DNA of 53,186 bases from Chiloscyllium plagiosum (lineage: Eukaryota): assembly GCF_004010195.1 (NCBI RefSeq), contig NW_025215328.1:17514-70699 (forward strand). The letters are read 5' to 3'. Below the pieces are notes generated by a model that was not told the origin of the DNA, ran no database searches, and worked only from the letters and a program-made list of their open reading frames with translations. Within the stretch, counting starts at the first letter, position 1, and every line of letters starts with the position of its first letter. Both the position numbers and the translations under genes were made by a program. This document shows positions 12,641 through 23,250 of this stretch, piece after piece.

Positions 12641-13079
12641 CATAGACGTGTGTTAAAGCTGCTCAAATGCCCTGACTATCACGGAACGCCGTGCACTGGG
12701 AAGTGACCGATAATGCAAGGTGCACAAATTCCTTGATCTAAAACTGCATAAGGCTGACATCACTGACACTCCAGAGCTCTTAATCTTGGTCAGGGAGAGA
12801 AACAGAGGGCAACACATTCACATCAAACACAGAAGATGGCATTGGGGGAATAGAAAAGATTCAGATGCATATGTTCAGTGGTTTGAGTAAAGTAACAAAT
12901 TGGAGGTGTAACACTAGGGAGAGACCCTCAGCAGAATGAGAATAGGAAAATTGAAGTGTTACCACATCAGACACCAGGCTAAGACACTGAGTACAAGACT
13001 GATAGGTGAATGGGTCTTGGTGTGAACTGGGAGATAGTCAGTAGAATTGAATTCAACATATTGGAGCTCAAAATGGGCA

Positions 13080-13900
13080 TTCATGTGGTGCGGTAGAATC
13101 ACAGCAGCAGCAGAATTGTATTCAACTACACTCTAACATTTTCCCCAGGATAATCCCTCAGCCTGCCATTACCATCAAGCCGATTTTTGGTTCAGTGACG
13201 AGTGTGAGTGAACATAATAGGGTCGGAACCATGTGCACCAAAACCTGATGATAATCCATTAAAGCTACCGCACTTGACTGGTTACATTCGAAACAGCAGG
13301 ACTAACATCTGATACAGAGGACAAAATGATCCCAAGACTAACAGATCAGATCGAAGTTCTGCAGCGCTGCCACATCCAGACAGAACTGTCGATGGACTAT
13401 TAAACAACTCACTGGAGGAGAGGACTCCATAAATATCGCCATCCTAAATAACGGGACAGCTCAGTACATCTGTGTAAAAGACATGGCTGTATTATCTGCA
13501 CCGTCCTCAGCCAGAAATGTTGAGTTGATGATCCACCTCACCCTCGCCATGCTGCCTGCAGAATCACAGATGCCAGTCTTTAAGCAACTGGTTTGCTGTA
13601 TGTGACATGAAGAAACAGCTGAACACAGTAGATAAGACAAAGGCAATGGGCCCTGAACCCATTCCTGCAATAGGACTGAAGACTTGTGCTGCACAACAAG
13701 TTGTGTCCCTGGGGAACCGGTTTTATTCCAGCTCCAACACTGACATCTCCCTGGCAATGTGGAAAATTACTCAGCTATGTCCAATCCCATAAGAAGGGAA
13801 CAACTACAGTCTGACCATTTAACACGCCCTGAGTCCCATCACAATAGTCACATTGGTGGGAGTTCTTTTTGACAGAGCTGTCAAGCAGCACAGAAATAAC
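13080..13900 (+). mobile_element. Decayed CR1/L2-group LINE ORF2 fragment (pre-RT and RT start)
   Basis: KQLNTVDKTKAMGPEPIPAIGLKTCAA..MWKITQLCPIP matches the LINE K(A/S)xGPDxIP..W motif; a shorter copy lies at about 8930-9175. Confidence 0.7.
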
Positions 13901-13932
13901 TCGCACAGTGTGGTTTCAGATAGGTCCCCATG

Positions 13933-14385
13933 TGGAGATGGTGCTGTTGTGGAAAATTCACTGTATTACTAATCCAGACCAGGCTAATGCTTTGACAGCC
14001 GGTGGAAGTTATAATTAATAAAATATCGAGACGTAAAACCTGGAGTCAGTAACGGTGACCTTGAAGCCAATGTCGCTTGTAATACCAATTTCCTTCCTCA
14101 ATGAACTTTCAGGAATTGAATCTCGGGTGCTTTCCTGATCTGACCTAAACGTGACCCCAGACACGCAGAGATTTGATAAACTCTTCAATCGTCTCAGAAA
14201 CGGCCAAGCAAGACACTCTATTGTATCAAACTGTTCCAGGGTCTTAAAGGATTAAACCGTACAGATCACCCGACACCAGCCTCAGTATTGGAACGGGAAA
14301 GACTATCCTGTTGACCCTGCAGAGACCTCCTTCCTAACATCTGAGAGGTGGTGGCAATATTTACAGCGCTTTCCCACAGACTGCA
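13933..14385 (+). mobile_element. tRNA-SINE-like head running into an endonuclease-like N-terminus
   Basis: Shares its body with the SINE at 22575-22820 (ggtgacc..tgacctaaacgtgaccccagac) and ends in LLPNI*EVVAIFTALSHRL. Confidence 0.45.
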
Positions 14386-15061
14386 CAGAAACATCGGGAA
14401 AGGGGTAGGTCATTCAACACATTGAACATCCTCTGTTCTAGTTCATGGTGAAAATCTCCTCAATTCAGTTTTCCCCATCCAGTGTCCATATCCTTTAGTA
14501 TGCTTAAACATCGAAACATATAAAATGGGAACTACTGTATTCGCTTTGGTCCATCAATTTTGATCCTCCATTCAATATACAGGCAGTTATCCAATAAAGG
14601 TGTGTTTATTAAACGCAATTTCGCTGCAACACATTTAGTGAATTGTGCCCCTTTCTTTATAAAGTGAGCTCCCGTTCTCTGTTATGGGACTCCGTCTCTG
14701 GCACCAGCTGAACAGCAAATCCCAGCCTCAGGATCCCTCTGTCAAATGCGCCCTCAGTTTGTTCAGCTAAAGCAGGAATGTAATCCGCTCTGCAAGCCTT
14801 GAAACTGATCCTGAATGTGGGATTTGTAGTCTACACTTAGAAGGAACTTAATTTCAAACCGGGAGTGGAATATTTTGGAGAACTGGAATTCCACATCGGC
14901 ATCACGTGGTCAGTCAGCTCGCACGCTTTCTGGTGAAGATCTTTGCGAAAGGTACAGTGTTGTAGTCAGTGACTGTAGTGTTAAAGTGTGACATTCACTG
15001 TACTAATTCATTACAATATACGGTTGAAAGATTTATGTAGCCTGTGCTATTGTTTGCAGGC

Positions 15062-15165
15062 ACAGGGGGAATGTGCAAACTCCACACAAACAGTGATCAG
15101 AGGCTGAAACTGAACCCAGATCTCTGGTGCTGGGAGGCAGCAGTACTAACCACTGAGCTACCCAC
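15062..15165 (-). mobile_element. HE1-type SINE 5' fragment
   Basis: aatgtgcaaactccacaca..gaggcagcagtactaaccactgagctaccc. Confidence 0.75.
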
Positions 15166-15619
15166 TGTGAGCAACGCAACTTGCCTGCACAACTCAACAC
15201 TCGAAATGTGGCATAACAGGAGGGAGATTCCATAAGTCCCCAAGCTTGTCATTGAGCAGGAGGATGAGGACATTTAGATCTTGAGCGGCTTGGTCAGGAA
15301 CAGGCGCAGGACATGCAAGCCATCGAAACTATAGTGCAGGAACATCAGGAGGACATTCAGTCCATCGTGTGTGTAAAGCAGGAACAGAATATGTCCAATC
15401 AGCCACCCATTATTCTTATACAGCAATTGGAGCAGATCTTTTACAGACTGGTGCCTATTTCACAGGAATTGAAATGGACTGTCGTGGTTATGATAAAGGA
15501 AGAACTGAGAATAACCAACTTCACGAGGGAATGGAAAGGTATGAGCAAAGGATTGGGACTGAAGACAAATTGTTCGAATCTGTTATTAAGGAATTAACAA
15601 CAGGAGACTTTGAAAGTCA

Positions 15620-15870
15620 AACCACAATCCGTCAAAGTCGACATTATTTTATTAAGGATAAATCATGTTTGAATGATTTTCCTAACTCTTTTTTATGAAA
15701 AAGTGTGACAAACAAGTTGAATAACGGGGATCTGAAAGACATATTATATCTGGATTTCAAAATGGCAATGTATAACATGCTTGACAAAACATTAATATGC
15801 AAGACAAGAGCACATGGGGTTCGGACAATTTATTTGCTTGGAGAGAAAATTGGCTAACCAATAAAAACCA
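15620..15870 (+). mobile_element. CR1 RT fragment
   Basis: QSRHYFIKDKSCL..YLDFK.. is a decayed form of QHGF..SCLTNL..YLDFxKAF. Confidence 0.65.
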
Positions 15871-15871
15871 T

Positions 15872-16660
15872 GATGTGGAGGTGCTAACTTTGGACTGGCT
15901 TGAGTAAGGTCAATAATCACATGGCACCAGGTTGTAGTCTGACGGGTTTATTTGGAAACACAAGCTTTCATTGTCCTGCTTCTTCGTCAGGTGGTAGAGA
16001 GAGAAGACCTTAGGCACAAAACTTATAATGAAAAGCTGAAAGGCTTGTACAATACATGTACATGAATTGAACGCATCTAAGAAGGCTGCTAAATCTTAAA
16101 TCGGTAAGAATGGAGATGCAGATTTTGATTGATGAATATGCAAATTCCAGAGTTCCTTTCAAGTCCTGCCTGGAGATACCTTCAGGTATAATCAATGTAA
16201 AGGAGGTGACCCCTCCAGTCAGATAACGCATTTCAGGTATGCGGTCTTGTTTGGAGTCTGCATGTGTCTTCACCTGGAATCAGACTGTGTTTATTTCCAA
16301 AGTAGGAATACATAAAATATCGCATTGACTGACTGTCTACAAATTGTGTATTTTTTGAGAAAATACAAAGCATCTGGAAATAAAAACCAGCAAATGAAAA
16401 TTCTACTTACAGATTAGATGTGTGTGTATGTCTATGTGTCTGTGTGTTTGGTTGCACGTGCGTGTGTGTGTTTGAAAACAAGGTGGAGTGTCTGTGGGAG
16501 GGAGAGAGAGAGCGTGTGTTTGTGAGAGTTTGAGGGGGAATATGTCTGTCTTTGGGAGGGAGAGAGAGGGTATGCATGGGTGTGAGAGAGAGGGGAGAGT
16601 GTGTGTGTGCATGTGAGGGAGGAGGGAGTGTGTTTGTGTGCGGGCAGGAGAGGGTGAATT
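15872..16660 (-). mobile_element. Penelope-type terminal-repeat element with (GT/GA)n microsatellite
   Basis: Homologous to 52505-53186 (aatcac..caccaggtt.tagtc..ac.ggttta.ttggaa); hammerhead core at 15959-15993. Confidence 0.6.
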
Positions 16661-17191
16661 TGCATGGTTGTATTTAAAGGGCAGAGGGAAAGGATGTACG
16701 TCTCCTCGTTAAAACACAGTCAGATGTAGCAGATCCCTTTCCCTACGCACACTCTGTGGTTTCAGAGCTTCCCCTCTCTGCAGTCTCTGCTCCATTTGCT
16801 TTCATGTTGCAGACCCAACTGCTGTAACTACAGTCCTCATGCTCCATCCAGAGTTGGGTCACCAAATCCTCAGGTCTCCCTGAATGTCTGAGGCAGCTCA
16901 CAGCACAACCTCCAGCAAACCATCCCCAGCCCCTCCACTAAGCTTTCCATAACAGGAGTCAGTCAGAAGCCCCTCAGCTCCAAGTTAGAGACCAGGTCCT
17001 TGATAATAATACTCGAGGGGTTTCCTCATGTTATGAACCGCACAATCATCTGAGAAGGACAAGCACAGGCTTTCAGTGGTCAGGCACAGACCAAGTTTCA
17101 AAGACATGTCTCAAAGCTGCTGGGACTCCCTTTCCAACTTGGAGCAACAGCACATCACATAACATTTCATTGTTTCTGAGCTTCACAATAT

Positions 17192-17510
17192 GGCGGCACG
17201 GTGGCCCAGTGGTTAGCACTGCTGCCTCACAGCGCCTGTAGACCCGGGTTCAATTCCCGACTCAGGCGACTGACTGTGTGGAGTTTGCACATTCTCCCCG
17301 TGTCTGCGTGGGTTTCCTCCGGGTGCTCCGGTTTCCTCCCACAGTCCAAAGATGTGCGGGTCAGGTGAATTGGCCATGCTAAATTGCCTGTAGTGTTAGG
17401 TTAAAGGGGTAAAGGTAGGGGTATGGGTGGGTTGCGCTTCGGCGGGTCGGTGTGGACTTGTTGGGCCGAAGGGCCTGTTTCCACACTGTAAGTAATCTAA
17501 TCTAATCTAA
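17192..17510 (+). mobile_element. Young HE1-type SINE
   Basis: Complete tRNA-like head, V-domain and LINE-like tail followed by (aatct)n. Confidence 0.95.
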
Positions 17511-18269
17511 TGCCAGCACTCGATACACTCGGAAGCCAAAAAGCAGCACCAGGGAAAGGTACAGAAAAACAAACAATTAATTAACTGACACATGTTGTGA
17601 AAATATGGATAAGGAGACAGGGGAAGAGGAGTAACTGGAGAACTGAGACAATGGTGGGTCCAATCACAAGAATTAGAGCATTCAATAAAATTATTGCCAG
17701 ATCAGTTGAAATGGTTAGTTACATCAAGTTGTGAATCTGCCTCACAGAATCATCCCAGACACCATAAACCAGAACGGAGAGCTATGCACGCTATGCTAGT
17801 GGACTACTCTATAAACGGGACTACCTGCCCAGCATGGGGACAATTGCAAACCTTTGCCAGTATATTGCTACTATGCTTGCACTACAGAAATGTCTTGAAT
17901 GGGAAGATTTGTAACCCATGCAGTGTGTGACAGTAATTGAGCTCCCACAAATGTATGGCTCTGTATCTCCACTGCCGAAATATAAGGCAAGACATTTTGT
18001 GTGTGTGTGTATGTTGGTGGCAGTAGATATGAAAATTAGTATTTGAGAGAGAATAAACATAGAGAAAATCAGTTTAGATGTGAACCCTGACAGGGCTTTG
18101 TGTCATTAACCGAAGGAGACTGAGGACCGTGTCATAGACAGAGGTGACGATGTGCTTGTGAATATTAAAGTAAAGGCATTGCCAGACGCAACAACAATAT
18201 AAAGCAATCCGTACAGGAATGATGGGATTTTGGTCTGCGTTTAGATACAAGCCATGCAATACCCACTCA

Positions 18270-18570
18270 GATTTGGTTAAGCAGCAGCAGATTATTGGCT
18301 TTATTAAGACTGTGTTTCATAGCTGAAGTTTCAAAGAGCAGATAGAATGAACCAGTGAAGTATATTCTGCAGATGACAATAGTTCAAGTTAGGAATGGCC
18401 AGGATATGGTGTCAGTAATCAGCTTGTGGCCAAAGGGATCACCATAGTTGTGACTCGTTTGTTTCAGCCTCAGTTATTGGCCAGGGATCAGATGTAGTCA
18501 GAGGAAGGAAATGGAGTTTGCATCCAGAACAGAAGACAGTGACCTCCAAACTTTCAATATTTAAATAGCA
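18270..18570 (-). mobile_element. Decayed L2 LINE fragment in intron 1 of GPCR paralog B
   Basis: cagcttgtggccaaagggatcaccatagttgtgactcgtttgtttcagcctcag..gaagacagtgacctc..caatatttaa corresponds to the L2 LNI.KTE.IVF...LRLNQ.V.NLGV.FDP.L region. Confidence 0.5.
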
Positions 18571-18788
18571 AGGGCAGTGATGCAATGTATCCTGATTCAT
18601 ACCTGAAATTGAGTAGATCTACTAACAAGGCCCAGTGCCAAAACTAAAGAAGGAGAGAAAGAATGAACAAGTTCACTGTTGTTTGTTGTGGTTTGGAGCA
18701 TGAATACTTACAGAGTAGAGTAAATGAAAAGAACAGTAATATAGTCGCATATGGTTAATTCAAATAATAAATCGACAACGAAACTTAC

Positions 18789-19008
18789 CAGGGACACCAA
18801 CAATAACCAGGATAGGATAATAAAAACATTGAAAAATGCAAAGTACATATTTGATCCGCGATGAGAACGGCCACCAATGATATGTAGAAAGAATCCAAAC
18901 ATAATAAGATAACCTCCTGTCCATTGTTGGAACTTTCCAGTCTATTGTTCTCACATTCTGAACCACTGTTGGAACTGTCCAGTCGAATGTTCTCAGATTC
19001 TGATCCAT
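18789..19008 (-). CDS. First coding exon of a GPR139-like class-A GPCR (paralog B): N-terminus and start of TM1
   Basis: ATG at 19008 gives MDQNLRTFDWTVPTVVQNVRTIDWKVPTMDRRLSYYVWILSTYHWWPFSSRIKYVLCIFQCFYYPILVIVGVP, then a phase-1 donor G|GTAAGT (18788-18783). YYPIL..VGVP followed by an intron matches my recollection of GPR139/142-type first exons. Confidence 0.75.
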
Positions 19009-19088
19009 TGTTGCAACATTCCAGTATAACGTTCTCAGATTCTGATCCACAGTTGGAGCTTTCCAGTCTAATGTTCTCAGTTTCTGAT
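18920..19088. repeat. 42-bp tandem repeat, 4 units, spanning the 5'UTR and N-terminal coding region
   Basis: Units begin at 18920, 18962, 19004 and 19046; same family as 442-562. Confidence 0.9.
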
Positions 19089-19290
19089 CTCTCCCTCTCT
19101 CTGGAGCAGCTGATCCCTGTTAGTGCTATCGGTGATGCTCCCGCCCATACCATGGAATAGCATATTGAATGAAACCCTTTTATCATTGAAAGATGGAAAC
19201 CCTCCACTGAGATAATTAGAATCCATGGAGGCTGACATTAGTCACAGTCACCAAACAAACAGGTTCAGTTAACCAGTTCCTTACATCATT
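19085..19290 (-). promoter_or_regulatory. Putative promoter/5'UTR of paralog B with TATA-like GATAAAAGGG (19184-19175)
   Basis: Conserved with 560-760; TATA-like element about 170 bp upstream of the ATG. Confidence 0.45.
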
Positions 19291-19606
19291 TTACATAACA
19301 CAATTAAAGGGAACATTTACTCGGTTTGGATGGAATGGATGAGGGTTGCTGAGGGATAGACCATAAATCTTTCAATCTTTTTAATCTGTCTTCCCTGTAT
19401 GTGGGAGTATTGTGGGAACACTGCACTGTTGTATACATTTTATCCTGTTTGTAAAAGGAGACAGGAATAAAATAACAGACGAGCTGCATAAAATGTTTAT
19501 TGGGACATTTCTAAATACCTTTGTGAACTTTCCTGTTATCAAGTCCTTTCTTACCCTTGTGACATCATTCAGAGCATCGCAACTGCTGCTCAGGAACAGG
19601 GAGAAA

Positions 19607-19816
19607 CAGAAGGTAGTCACTCAACTGCTCGAGACTGGGACACAGGAAGAGGAGGCAGTCTTTCAACTGTTCGAGACTGGGGCACAGAGACAGGAGACAG
19701 TCACTCAATTGTTCGAGACTGGGTTACAGGGGCAGGAGGTAGACACTCAACTGCTCGATAGTGGAACACAGGAACAGGAGGCAGTCACTCAATTGTTCGA
19801 GACTGGGATACAGGGA
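19607..19816 (+). repeat. Unrelated 42-bp minisatellite, 5 units
   Basis: Consensus caggaggcagtcactcaactgttcgagactgggacacaggaa at 19607, 19649, 19691, 19733 and 19775. Confidence 0.9.
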
Positions 19817-20702
19817 AATCTGGAGGTTAGTGAGGCCCCACCAGTGTGGGACACTGGGAGAAAAGGAAAATTGGCTTGTTACTTACAGAAATATCTGAAT
19901 AAGTTGCATGAGCGAGCCATTCAATCCTGCTCCAACATTCTTCAAAACTATGGCTAATATCATTGTAATTCCCTCATTCCATTTTACAGAGATTCCCTTC
20001 TCTGCAGCCTCTGCTCCATTTGTTGGGCTGTAACTACAGTCACCATGTTTCATCCAGAGTTGGGTCACCAAAGCCTCTGGTCTTCCTGAATGTTCACAGC
20101 AGCTTAAAGCACAGCATCCAGGAAACCATCCCCAGCACTCCCGCGAACGTAGAAAAACTAGAGTTAAGTCAAATGTCAGTCAAATGCAAGTGAGAAGTCT
20201 GGTCTGAATCACTAACATGTTACTGAGCACATGAGCAGCAGAGAATGATTAACACACGCGTTCAATGAATAGGCACAGAGCAAGTTACAAAGGTTTACCT
20301 CAAAACTGCTAAAACCCCACTCTCCAACATGGAGCACAGGGCAGGACACTGGGAAGTCAAAGAAAACTCAAGCAATGTTTTTTGAACATTGTTTCTAAGC
20401 TTCTTAGTGTTGGAAGCTGATGCTCTTGGATGAGCAACATTCAAGGGCAGGAAAAGATATAGGACAGTTATTCACATTGAAACTTGACAATTAAACTGGA
20501 TGGCGGGGAAGCAGTTTAAATACCAACAAATGGGAGGGATTTGGGAAATAGACAGAGGGAGAGAGACTCTGAGTCAGTGTTATGGAAGGATGTGTTTGCA
20601 GGTTTCAGAATACTTAAATGAAGACATTTCGAACATATCTAGCAACATAGGTTAGTATTTCCGGGAATGATGAATTAATACGATATTGGTGCAAGGTCAG
20701 AT

Positions 20703-23250
20703 AGAGTCAGAGTCATGGAGATGTACAGCACAGAATAAGACGCTTCAGTCTAACTCGTCCATGCTGATGGGATATCCCAAATTAAATTAGTAACATTTGC
20801 CAGCATTTGGCCAATATCGATGTAAACCCTTCCTCTTCATGTACCCATCCAAATGTCTTTTAGACATTGTAATTGTAAAAGCCTCCACCACCTTTTCTAG
20901 CAGCTCATTCCATACATGCACCACCCTCTGTGGGAAAAAGTTGATCCTTGGGCCACTTTAAAATCTTTTCCCTCTCATCGGATATCCATGCCCTCCAGCT
21001 TTGGGGATAAAGACCTTGGCTATACACCCTATGCATGCTCCTCACGCTACAGGAATAAAGAATCAAACCTACTCGTACGCTCCCGATAGCTCCAATCCTG
21101 GCAACATCCTTGTAAAGCCTTACTGACTCCCTTCAAGTTTCACAATATATTTCCAAAAGGAAGGAGACAAGAATTGAATACTGTAGTCCAAAAGTGGCCA
21201 AGGTAAAATGCTGTACAGCAGCAACACGACCACCCAATTCATATAGGCAAACCACGGGCCAATAAAGGCACGTATACCAAATGCCTTCTTCACAATCCTG
21301 TCTATCTGTGACTCTACTTTCAAGAAACTATGAAGTTGCATTCCAAGGTCTCTTTGTTCACCAACACTCCCCAGGACCTGACCAGTAACTGTATATGTCC
21401 TGACCTGATTCGCATTTCCAAAATGCAGCACCTCCCATTTATCTAGATCACAAACCATCTGCCAATTCTCAGCCCATCTGCCCATCTGATCAAGATCCCG
21501 TTGTAATCTGAGATAAACCTTCTTTGCTGTCCAACTACACCATCAAATTTAGTTTCATCTGCAAACTTAGCAACTATTGCTGCAATGTTCACATCCAAAT
21601 GATTTCTGTGAATAGTGAAAAGCAGTGGAGCCAGCACTAACCCTTGTAGCACACCAATGATCAGAACCCCCGCTGTTTGAAAATCAGCCCTTCACCACCA
21701 CCCTCTGTCTCCTGACTTCGGGTTACTTCTGTATCCACATGGCTAGTTCCCCCTGTATTCCATATGACCTAAACTTGTTAACCAATCTACCATGTAGAAC
21801 ATTGCGAAATGCCTTACTAAAGTCCATATCAATAATGTACTCCCTGCCTCAATAATTCCTCTTAGTCACTTCTTCAAAAATGCTCAGTCCATTTAGTGAG
21901 ACACAACTTTCCATGCTTCGAGCCATGTTGCCTATCACTTATCAGTCCTTGCTTTTCAAAATCCATGAAAACCTTGTGCCTCATAATCCTGACCAACAGC
22001 TTGCCCTCCAATGAAGTCAGGCTCACTAGCTTTTCCTCACCGTCCTTCTTAAATGTTGTCAGTAATCACACCAAGTTCGCAATCCTCCTATCTTCCAGTA
22101 CCTTATCTGTGACAATTGATGATACAAATATCTCAGCAATGGGCCCAGCAATCACTTCACTCGCTTCCCACAGAGTTCAAGGCTACATCTGATCAGATCC
22201 TGGAGATTTTCCCACCTCTACTGGCTTTACGAACTCCAGCATCTCCTTTTCTGCAATACAGGCACTTTTCAAGATGTCACGGTTTATTTCCAAAGTTCTT
22301 ACGCTTCCATATCCTTCCACACAGTCAGTACTGACGCACGATGCTTGTTTAATATCGCCTCCATCTCCTGCGGTTTTGCACAACGGCAACCTTGCTGATC
22401 TTTAAGTGGCCCAAAGCTCTCCTGAGTTACTCTTTTATGTTTAATGTATGTGTAGAGTCCCTTTGGATTCTCCCTAACCCTATTTGCCAGAACTATCTCA
22501 TGTCCGTTTTATGGCCTCCGGATTTCCCTCTTATGTATACTCCTAATGGCTTTAGACTCTTCTCGACTGTCACTTTAAATCTGGAATTAAGAGCCAAATG
22601 ACTATGATGAATCCATTTTCGATTTTTGGAAAAACCCATCAGGTTCGCTGATGGCCTTGAAGGAAGCAAACTGCCATCGTTACCTGGCATGGGTTACATG
22701 TGACTCCACACCGACAACCATGTGTGTGACTCGTAACTGCTCTCTGGGCAATTAATGTTGGGTAATGAATGCAGGCTCAACTAGTGATACCCTCATCCCG
22801 TGAATGAGTACTGAAAAAAAACCTTGACTCCTGCTCTCTCTACCTGACATATGCTTCCCTCTTATCCGTGACCAGAAACTCAATTTCTCCAGTCCTCCAG
22901 CATTCCTTACACTTATCAGCCTTACCCTCCACCCAAACTGGGACAGACTGTCTCTGTGATTTTGAATCTCCTTTTTGAAGGCTTCCCTCTTCTCAGCTGG
23001 CCCCGTAACTGCGAATATCTGTTCCAATCAAGTTTGGAAGTTCTTGTTATTATCATCAAAATTGGCCTTGCTCCAAGTTAGAGCGTTAACGTTTAGACCC
23101 AGTTCATCCTTTTCTATCTCTATTTTAAAACGAATAGAATTATGATTACGTGTCTCAAAGTGCTTCCCCACTGATACCTCCGTCTCCTGCCCTGCCATAT
23201 TTCCCAAGGGGAAGGTGACGTTGAGCACCTTCTCTGTGATGGAAAACATT
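20703..23250 (-). mobile_element. Decayed CR1 LINE (endonuclease end to 3'UTR)
   Basis: Minus strand GKHFETRNHNSIRF, KSPGSDQM, QGLVLAPLLF..KFADETK, DLGMQLHSFLKV; 3' tail near 20703. Confidence 0.85.
22575..22820 (+). mobile_element. Second SINE family copy (5'-truncated) inserted in CR1
   Basis: aatctggaattaag..aaaacccatcaggttcgctgatg..tacatgtgactcca..catcccgtgaatga followed by an A-tail; interrupts the minus-strand CR1. Confidence 0.65.

Noticed and set aside
15313..15597. Gln/Glu-rich 94-aa ORF as a gene
   Set aside because: No recognisable domain or splice context, and it lies among repeat fragments; it cannot be supported
17192..17270. tRNA genes at SINE heads
   Set aside because: The A/B-box heads continue into SINE bodies and LINE-like tails, so they are not standalone tRNAs
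17821..18259. Hydrophobic minus-strand ORFs as the missing GPCR exon 2
   Set aside because: No N..L/D/DRY/NP..Y-type GPCR motifs, and they are too short
18785..19207. 140-aa ORF (ESENIRLESSNNG frame) as the real protein
   Set aside because: An alternative frame of the repeat; the TM1 motif and splice phase fit the MDQNLRT frame
18920..19816. 42-bp repeats as CRISPR-like arrays
   Set aside because: Head-to-tail units with no unique spacers, in a vertebrate context with no cas genes
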